IMG/VR virus record: IMGVR_UViG_3300025120_000017
Location: 32,001 to 96,000 of that record
Direction: 5' to 3' (one strand)
Source: a virus
Length of the DNA: 64,000 nt
Part shown: positions 56,765 through 64,000 of the stretch, in pieces
Layout: the number at the start of each line of letters is the position of its first letter
Position numbering within the stretch: the stretch's first letter is position 1
Notes under the pieces: model-generated
What the model saw: only the letters and a program-made list of their open reading frames with translations
Told to the model about the DNA's origin: nothing
Databases searched by the model: none
Made by a program: the position numbers and the translations under genes

Positions 56765-59700
56765 TTAATCAGTAATATCAGTAGTTACATTTCCAGATAG
56801 TTTATTAAATGTATTTTGGTATGTAAGCGTTGGTATATCAGAAGAACTTACAGAGTTAGATTTGTATCTTGAATTTATTTCTAAATCAAACGAAAATATC
56901 TGCTCATCATAAAATACATCGAATCCTAATATCTTAGAAAATAATACTTGAGTAACTCCGGATGCTCCACCTACTCTACCTGTACCTCCTGTGCCTGGAC
57001 CAAAATAATCTGTCATTCTAAATTGATAAACAATTTGGATTGATATACCTTTTTCGGTACCTTTTTCTAAATTTAATTTACTAGGTGTATCATTACCATT
57101 AACCCTAACGTCTTTATATTCTTGTGGTACCATATACATATAGCAACCACATGATTTTGATCCTATTAAATACTTATCATCATCTTGAAAAGATAATTTA
57201 TTGGTATTTTTATTAATATCCATATATAAAGGAGATTGTTTATAAAATACAGTATCATCATTTTCCCTATCAAGCGGCGCATATTTAGATACTGTTGTAT
57301 TACTTCTAATAAATTCAGTGATATTAGGAGAAGATGTTGCTGATATACCTGCTTGTAATACAGGATGCTCTGCGTGTACATATACTGAATCATTTGTTAA
57401 TGTACTAGTTACTCCAGGTATGTCTCCGCTCCCTGGAGCAGTCACATTATCAGTTGTTGCTACTCCGCTCCATATAAAGTTTTCAGGAGTAGCAACATAA
57501 TTAGCAGTTGCTCCTGGAGTATTAGAAACAAGATATTCATTATATGAACCTACTGGAGAATTAACAACCCCGGTATCACCAACAAGTGCATTAGTTTCAT
57601 ATATTGCCTTAGTTCCTGTAACATCACTATTTCTAACATACACAAATTGACCATTTACTTGAGCAGATTGTGAAGGTAGCTTAACTGCTGTTCCGCCAGG
57701 TCCTAATGTATTTAAAGTATCTTCTTGAAGTGGATTACTTAACCCTATAGCAGGAGTTGAATATTTAAGATTTAATGTTCTTATTAACTTAGATCCACCT
57801 GATGCTGTGTATAATTCAATATCTGTAGCGGCAGCATTTTCAATTCTTAAGAAATAGTTCTTAGATACTATAACACCTTTAGGCTTATCAAGGTCGCTTA
57901 CAATATCTTTATAATTTCCAGCAAAAACAGAAACAAATTCATTTTGTTGAATAATTTTTTGGTTTCCTAAATCATCTTCAATTTTAATAACTAATACTCC
58001 TAAAGTCTTTTCAACTTGTGCCCTTAATGAATCAATTTCATTTTGCATTTCCTGTAGCTTGTCAAAAATAGAAATAACATTTCGTTCTGATGTTAAATAG
58101 CCACTTGCTAAATTAAAAGCTTGGTGAGCATAAAATGTATCATTTTGTGAAAATTGGTCTGCTATATGACCATCAATTCCTTTAGCAGTTAAGTCCTGTT
58201 GTAATTTAATATTAACTTTCTCATCTGATGCTTCTTTAACTATTGATAATATGTCTTTAGAAACTCCTAAGTCATCTGGGAAATCTATTCTTATAATGTC
58301 TGAATATTCTGATTCCAATGGATTACTAGGATATCCTGCCTCTGAAATAGACCTTATTCTAATTTCAACAGATTCATTAGGTTGAATTGAAATATCTAAT
58401 TGGTTAATGTTAACTGAATCGCCATCTTCTGTGTTTTGTGCAGCCCATGCATATGATCCTGATATTGCATCAAATACCCTATGCCTTAAAGGAGTTTTAG
58501 TGCTTATCCAATTTGAGTATACTCCATTAAGCTCAGTGCCATCATTAGAAGTTCTTTTAAATTCTTCTAAGTTATTTGCGGATCCTCCTTTTGTTAGGTA
58601 TCTATGCTCAACTAAAAATTGAATAACATCTTGTGTACTGCCATCTATTGCAGTTTTTTCTATAGGCAAATCAAAAAATCCTCTAATTCTATATTTAGCA
58701 GAAGCAGCTGATGTTGTTTTATCACTTGCTTTAGTAATGATGTCATTAACTGTTGTGTTATATAATGTTTCAGTACTAGCACGCTCGTCAATAAGATTTG
58801 CTAATTTATTTTTATCAGTCTGTCTATCTACATCAGTTTTATATGTTTTAGTACTAACCTCATTTCTAAGTTTTTTAACAGATTCATCTAATTGATTTAA
58901 TTGGCTTTTAAGTGAATTCTTTTCTTTATTAAGTGATTCAATTTCTTTATTACTCTGTACATCAGTTATATGTTTATTAATTTGAACTACTTGTAATTCA
59001 GTAGGATTTTCCGATGCAGAAAAAGATACTCTATTAGGTACCACGCCTTTGCTAGATGGTGGTATGTTCTCATTTGCTATGCTTAATAGAGTAGCGCCAA
59101 AATCAACAACGTTTTCTTGGTAATATGTTTCTAATGTCTTTATAATGCCGTTATCATTAATAGATAATTCACTTGAATAAAAACCAACGCCTGGTGTCCA
59201 ATTATCAGATGGTTGATTTGATAATGGGTCTATAGGTTTAATAAATTGTACTATATATTCATTAAACCCTACTCCTATTTGTACATCAGGAACTAATGGA
59301 GTTGTACTATAAAACTTAAGATTATCTGATCCTACTGTAACAGAGTCATAGCCTTCAACAAGAATCACAGAAACTGTATTTGTAGCGAAGTCAATATTAG
59401 TAATGGAGTATCTTGTGTTTTTTGAATTTTTATTAACTAATACAGAATCTCCTATTTTTAATTGTTGAGTTTCAAGTAAATTAGATGTCTTATCGTTATA
59501 TGTTAATTTATCTAATTGAAATTTAATATTTTTCTTAATTGCATTAACTCCATTAACTTCAACTGTTTCATTTTCTTCAAATGATCTAAGTACTGAAAAA
59601 TTTCCATAAAATCTAGATTCTTTTGGAGGTAGCTTAATAACATCTTCATCTAATGCATATTCTATTCCTGCACCTACTATAGTGTCAATAAAATCATTAT

Positions 59701-60238
59701 AATCAATGTTAGAATTTCCTTTAAAGCTTTGATTAAAAAGAGATAGCTTACTATCATCATTAAGATTTAATATAAACCTATGTGATTTAGCTTCTCTAGT
59801 ATCAGGATTTATTTCTTTTCCAAAATTATATGTAACATATAAGTAAGGATTTAAAAAAGATTCAAAAAACCAGTTATTTTTATTTTGAAAGCTAGTAGGT
59901 ACTTTAATATTTTTTATATCACTAGCAGCTTTCATTAAGCTTGTTGTTGCAACTGTTCTAAATGTACCGTCTTGTAATCTAATTGATGCATCACTACCTG
60001 ATAGCCCAGTAAGCTGTTTAATGTTTTCATCTATTCGCTGAACATCTTTCTTTAATGATCCAAGTGAAGGGATTGATACTGTTTTTATCGAATTATTAGA
60101 AATATCTTCAATTTTTAACTCTACTGTATCAGCTTCACTATTAATAACATCAGATAACTTTGAAAGTATGTCTGAATTATTTCTCTGTAGCTTAATAAGA
60201 TTATCAATTACGGATGCTAATGTATTTTTGCTCTCCAT
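56765..60238 (-). CDS. large putative structural protein with coiled coils
   Basis: 1157-aa ORF; coiled-coil segments alternate with beta-rich segments. Confidence 0.65.
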   Translation of the reverse strand: MESKNTLASVIDNLIKLQRNNSDILSKLSDVINSEADTVELKIEDISNNSIKTVSIPSLGSLKKDVQRIDENIKQLTGLSGSDASIRLQDGTFRTVATTSLMKAASDIKNIKVPTSFQNKNNWFFESFLNPYLYVTYNFGKEINPDTREAKSHRFILNLNDDSKLSLFNQSFKGNSNIDYNDFIDTIVGAGIEYALDEDVIKLPPKESRFYGNFSVLRSFEENETVEVNGVNAIKKNIKFQLDKLTYNDKTSNLLETQQLKIGDSVLVNKNSKNTRYSITNIDFATNTVSVILVEGYDSVTVGSDNLKFYSTTPLVPDVQIGVGFNEYIVQFIKPIDPLSNQPSDNWTPGVGFYSSELSINDNGIIKTLETYYQENVVDFGATLLSIANENIPPSSKGVVPNRVSFSASENPTELQVVQINKHITDVQSNKEIESLNKEKNSLKSQLNQLDESVKKLRNEVSTKTYKTDVDRQTDKNKLANLIDERASTETLYNTTVNDIITKASDKTTSAASAKYRIRGFFDLPIEKTAIDGSTQDVIQFLVEHRYLTKGGSANNLEEFKRTSNDGTELNGVYSNWISTKTPLRHRVFDAISGSYAWAAQNTEDGDSVNINQLDISIQPNESVEIRIRSISEAGYPSNPLESEYSDIIRIDFPDDLGVSKDILSIVKEASDEKVNIKLQQDLTAKGIDGHIADQFSQNDTFYAHQAFNLASGYLTSERNVISIFDKLQEMQNEIDSLRAQVEKTLGVLVIKIEDDLGNQKIIQQNEFVSVFAGNYKDIVSDLDKPKGVIVSKNYFLRIENAAATDIELYTASGGSKLIRTLNLKYSTPAIGLSNPLQEDTLNTLGPGGTAVKLPSQSAQVNGQFVYVRNSDVTGTKAIYETNALVGDTGVVNSPVGSYNEYLVSNTPGATANYVATPENFIWSGVATTDNVTAPGSGDIPGVTSTLTNDSVYVHAEHPVLQAGISATSSPNITEFIRSNTTVSKYAPLDRENDDTVFYKQSPLYMDINKNTNKLSFQDDDKYLIGSKSCGCYMYMVPQEYKDVRVNGNDTPSKLNLEKGTEKGISIQIVYQFRMTDYFGPGTGGTGRVGGASGVTQVLFSKILGFDVFYDEQIFSFDLEINSRYKSNSVSSSDIPTLTYQNTFNKLSGNVTTDITD

Positions 60239-60251
60239 TTATTTAGTCTTT

Positions 60252-62327
60252 TTATTTTATTACATCTATTTCAAATATATACTTGGTTGCATCTACACAT
60301 ATAATCTCAATTATAGGTTTAGCATTAATTAAATCAGCTAATGTTAATTTTCCTACTAGCCAATTCCAAGAACCTTGATTAAAAATATTATTACCATCTG
60401 TGTAAAATATTATTTCTGATAATGAATCTATCGTAAGTGTATTTTCAAATGATATTTTATAACTTTGTCCTGTTTGCCACTTATTTACTCTATCATCAAT
60501 ATTAATTTTTATATCATTTGATACAGTAGAATCTGCGGTTTTATTTTTAAAATAATTACTAAATGTACCAAGAAATATAATATTATTTCTAGTTTTATAA
60601 TTAACATCTGCTGTGTTTGTTATACCATTCCCGCTTACATAACTAAAGCTTCCTGTATCTGTATAGCAAATTCCTATATTATTATATGATTGTACATCAT
60701 TTAGAAAAGTTAATCTATTAGGAGTTGATTTATCAATTTTAATACCATTTCCTTGATAAAACGTGTCAAGATTGTAAGTGAGAGTTTCTGTTAATTCCCC
60801 TGCCGCAAGAGAATTGATTCTCTTACTATTATTATTAATAAGATCTATTAAAGTGCTTGGGCTTTCTAATGCAATCTGTGCATTGGAAACCTGTTCACTT
60901 AAAGCACTTATGCTATTTTTTAATTCATCTATGGTTGATTGACCATAGTAAAACTTTTCTAAATTATCTACTTGAGATGATAGTGTTTGTACTTTTATAT
61001 TTAGCGTTTGAAATGTTTCTAATGTATTTTGAAGACCTATCATTGCATCAGAATATAAATCCATAGAAAATGTATTATACTCATTTATTACCTTTTCTAT
61101 TCCAACATTATCTGCGCTTGTGTCAAATTTTACATTAAGTTTAAGACCATATGAATTACCGTTTAATTTAGTAATAGGATTAGGTTTAAATTTGCTAAAT
61201 GTTTTAATAGTTGAACCATCAGCAATAGTTTCTTTAAAATCATCAATAAATAAAACACCATAAAGGTTTCTTACAGTATCACTTGGGTTAGATACGTCAT
61301 ATATATCATAATAAACAAGAACTACATTAAACTTAAAATCTTGAGCTAACGCAGTTGCATTAAATTCACTAAGTAATTGAACATTTGGATCATCAGCAAC
61401 TTTTTTATAATCAGCAGCATCCCAGTCAATGATAGCACCATCCATATTAGATACCGTCATGTTATATGTGCTAGAACCTGCAATATCAGTAGATGCTTGA
61501 ATTACTTTATTGGTTACATTACCAAATGTATTATTAGTTGAATATGTATTAGTAGTATTATTATCAAAATATGCAGTTACTGACATAGATGGGTCAACAT
61601 GAGATGTTCTACCTTCAATATTATTACCATTAGTTCCTGTCCATGATACTGCTGGTGAATAATTACTATCATTTCTTAAACCAAATAAAACATCTGCAGT
61701 ATTTCCATGTGTTGTTGGTATATGTAAGTAAACTTCTGTATATGCTTGACCGCCTTTCTTTACATTATTAACAACATCAATATCACCTAAATACTTTACA
61801 ACTCTATTATAAATATTAAGACTTGTGTTATCGGTGTTTTCAGTTTCTTCTTCATATAGGTTAGAAGATGCTGCTACTGTACTTCTAGCTGTTTGGAATC
61901 GCATTGATCCTAAATTAGTCATCCATTTCCAAAATATTCTTTCAGAGACGGTTGATTTAAGGCTATCATCGTATACCCCGCCCCCAGAGTTTGTAGAGTT
62001 AAGAATTAATGTTTCCCAGTTAAGAACATAGTTTTCAAAACTATTAGCCATATATACATTACTCTTTTGTACACCATTTATCATATCCGTGATAACTGTT
62101 GGATCTGGAGTTCCTGTATTATCATCATTCCCAATTGCTTGAAATGATGGTGCATTATTACTATTTGTAGGCTGCTTAAATGTAGGAACATCAAGACATG
62201 CAAATTTAGAAAATGTAAATCTAAAGTTATCGTCACTAAATGTTTTTGATATATCTAAAGCAGCAGAAGGAAATACATAAAATGTTCCTCCTTGGGTACT
62301 TATAGGTTTTATAAGAGGTGTTGCCAT
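60252..62327 (-). CDS. putative structural protein
   Basis: 691-aa ORF with TAAATATA upstream and a central coiled coil. Confidence 0.65.
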   Translation of the reverse strand: MATPLIKPISTQGGTFYVFPSAALDISKTFSDDNFRFTFSKFACLDVPTFKQPTNSNNAPSFQAIGNDDNTGTPDPTVITDMINGVQKSNVYMANSFENYVLNWETLILNSTNSGGGVYDDSLKSTVSERIFWKWMTNLGSMRFQTARSTVAASSNLYEEETENTDNTSLNIYNRVVKYLGDIDVVNNVKKGGQAYTEVYLHIPTTHGNTADVLFGLRNDSNYSPAVSWTGTNGNNIEGRTSHVDPSMSVTAYFDNNTTNTYSTNNTFGNVTNKVIQASTDIAGSSTYNMTVSNMDGAIIDWDAADYKKVADDPNVQLLSEFNATALAQDFKFNVVLVYYDIYDVSNPSDTVRNLYGVLFIDDFKETIADGSTIKTFSKFKPNPITKLNGNSYGLKLNVKFDTSADNVGIEKVINEYNTFSMDLYSDAMIGLQNTLETFQTLNIKVQTLSSQVDNLEKFYYGQSTIDELKNSISALSEQVSNAQIALESPSTLIDLINNNSKRINSLAAGELTETLTYNLDTFYQGNGIKIDKSTPNRLTFLNDVQSYNNIGICYTDTGSFSYVSGNGITNTADVNYKTRNNIIFLGTFSNYFKNKTADSTVSNDIKINIDDRVNKWQTGQSYKISFENTLTIDSLSEIIFYTDGNNIFNQGSWNWLVGKLTLADLINAKPIIEIICVDATKYIFEIDVIK

Positions 62328-62364
62328 ATTTGACTAATTTTCTTTTTATATTTAATTAAACATA

Positions 62365-62395
62365 AAACAAGAAAACCGAGGCAAGAAGCCTCGGC
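62365..62395 (-). terminator. intrinsic terminator
   Basis: CCGAGGC-N5-GCCTCGG with a T-rich tail on the minus strand. Confidence 0.75.
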
Positions 62396-62447
62396 TAATA
62401 AAATATTCTTAAAAATTACACATTAATAAGATATGATTAATATATTT

Positions 62448-62963
62448 TTATACAAATGATATAGTTTTCCATATAGTTGCATTATATAATTTAGCAACAT
62501 TAGCAGTAGTGTCATAAACCATTTCCCCTCCTACTAAACCTGCTATATTAATATCTCCAATTTCAGTAGTAGTTAATCTAGGTAATTTAAGTAAATCAAA
62601 CGTAGATACATCTAAACCACTAAAATTACCAGTAGATGTTTTAGCAAATAATTTCTCTGCTACTTTGTTTCCAGTTGATCCTAACACCATAAAAGATTCA
62701 TCTTTATTTAAAAGAATATCTCCATCATTTAGTGATAAATCACCAATAGTTACTCCTACGCCTAAAGATGCTACTGTAAGTCCTTCAGTTATGATTACAC
62801 CATTTGAACCAACTCCAGTGTTATCAAATTTTCCTGTAGTTGTATCTAAAATTCCTAACAGACCATTAATGCCACTAATTACTGTAGAAAAATTATCATT
62901 TATGGTAATCCTATCAGCTGCTATTGAGCTAGTACCTTGTAGTGTTGTTACGCTTATTGACAT
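62448..62963 (-). CDS. small baseplate/fibre-associated structural protein
   Basis: INDNF N-terminal motif; LPRLTT..GEMVYDTT..LYN..W C-terminal fibre-type motif. Confidence 0.65.
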   Translation of the reverse strand: MSISVTTLQGTSSIAADRITINDNFSTVISGINGLLGILDTTTGKFDNTGVGSNGVIITEGLTVASLGVGVTIGDLSLNDGDILLNKDESFMVLGSTGNKVAEKLFAKTSTGNFSGLDVSTFDLLKLPRLTTTEIGDINIAGLVGGEMVYDTTANVAKLYNATIWKTISFV

Positions 62964-62996
62964 GTTTAATTATTATTTTGTTTTATATTTATTTCA

Positions 62997-64000
62997 TTAG
63001 ATTATTCTTATATCAGTAACTCCGCTTCTTATACCGGACGAATTACTAGAAATTGCCGTTCCGTAATTAAGTAAAGTTGTGGGTATTATAGCATTAGTTA
63101 CTATATTATCTATTTGTACATTCAAATCCGTAGAAGTAGAATCGTCTAATAGTATGTATCCATCAGTAACTCCTTGTGCTGAAACTTTGAACCTACTATT
63201 TATGATATGAAACATTGCATATCTTGTAGGTATTAAAATACTACTGGCTGCCAATGAATCGTGTTTATAGTCAATAGAACAATCTTGAAACATTATATCT
63301 ACATACGCTTTTTCATTACTAGATGATATATTGAATAACGGAAATCCATCTTCAACTGTAAGTTTACATTTATCTAATTTGAATCTTGTATAAGTTTCAC
63401 TATTGTTATTAGTAAATCTAAACAAAGCTCTTTGTGTTGCTTGGTCTCCGGTCTTTATAACTATTTCATCAATATTAATATCAACATAGTTAAAAGCGTG
63501 TGTGCCCGTAGCATCGTGATATTCTTGAATATTCATTATATTAAAGTAAGAAACTTGAGCGGCTCCGCTATTAACCCATTCTAATCTTTTTGCAGTTACT
63601 TTAAACGTGTTGGTTCCAGTTATAGCATATACATTATCTGTAAACCAAGGAACTCTATCAACATTTATAAAATATTTATGCGTATCAGCAACACAGTACC
63701 CACAAGTAATTTTTCCTTTTACATTTAAGTCTATCAGTTGACTACCTTCTGCTTGGCAAAATATTGCGGCTACATTTACATTTCCTCCAACTTCAATAAC
63801 AGCACTTGATGCGTGTGCTCCTAAGAAATAGTGACCTCCCATAACATCTCCAGTTACAGACCCTTTTAGGAATCCTTGATAGGTTTCGGGAACAAGGTCG
63901 GATTGAACATAAAAGTGTGTTCCGATATCAGCTTTGTTACTTCCTGTTGGTTCTAATAAAGTTGTACTTTTTATATTAAATTCTACGGTTGACCCTTCGG
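62997..64000 (-). CDS. C-terminal part of a beta-rich (tail spike-like) protein, 5'-truncated by the window
   Basis: Frame stays open from 63842 to the window end (checked by hand). Confidence 0.65.
   Translation of the reverse strand, partial: EGSTVEFNIKSTTLLEPTGSNKADIGTHFYVQSDLVPETYQGFLKGSVTGDVMGGHYFLGAHASSAVIEVGGNVNVAAIFCQAEGSQLIDLNVKGKITCGYCVADTHKYFINVDRVPWFTDNVYAITGTNTFKVTAKRLEWVNSGAAQVSYFNIMNIQEYHDATGTHAFNYVDINIDEIVIKTGDQATQRALFRFTNNNSETYTRFKLDKCKLTVEDGFPLFNISSSNEKAYVDIMFQDCSIDYKHDSLAASSILIPTRYAMFHIINSRFKVSAQGVTDGYILLDDSTSTDLNVQIDNIVTNAIIPTTLLNYGTAISSNSSGIRSGVTDIRII

Noticed and set aside
1-64000. Stop-codon reassignment as in some megaphages
   Set aside because: Core genes are full length in the standard code, and TAG and TGA end genes at expected positions.
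1-64000. tRNA or rRNA genes
   Set aside because: Intergenic gaps are short and I saw no cloverleaf or T-loop motif; tRNAscan was not run.

Overview
A 64 kb, strongly AT-rich segment of a large T4-like (jumbo) myovirus genome, almost all on the minus strand and read with the standard code. A-rich starts without Shine-Dalgarno sequences suggest a Bacteroidota host (inference). The window holds the head module (portal, protease-scaffold fusion, major capsid, gp2, gp4), late sigma gp55, the replication/recombination core, PhoH, guanylate kinase, an NDP-sugar epimerase, a plus-strand methyl/glycosyl/sulfotransferase cassette and large tail/baseplate genes. The replication core comprises RNase H, clamp loader, clamp, a split family-B polymerase, helicase, primase, SSB, UvsX/Y/W, gp46/47 and EndoVII. 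The best candidate for a new system is a family of about ten genes starting with a T4 capsid-targeting-like peptide (MKSYKSFLNE type). They are built from modules joined by [VIL]NE linkers, which are putative prohead-protease sites. The sequence shows modules and linkers shared between genes, and the cargo includes RNA-ligase-like, GNAT and possibly ART-like domains. Other oddities are a ~150-aa insertion in gp55, the clamp gene lying between the polymerase halves, a protein copying the capsid N-arm motif, and two candidate phage promoter classes. All calls come from motif recognition by eye; no database searches were run.
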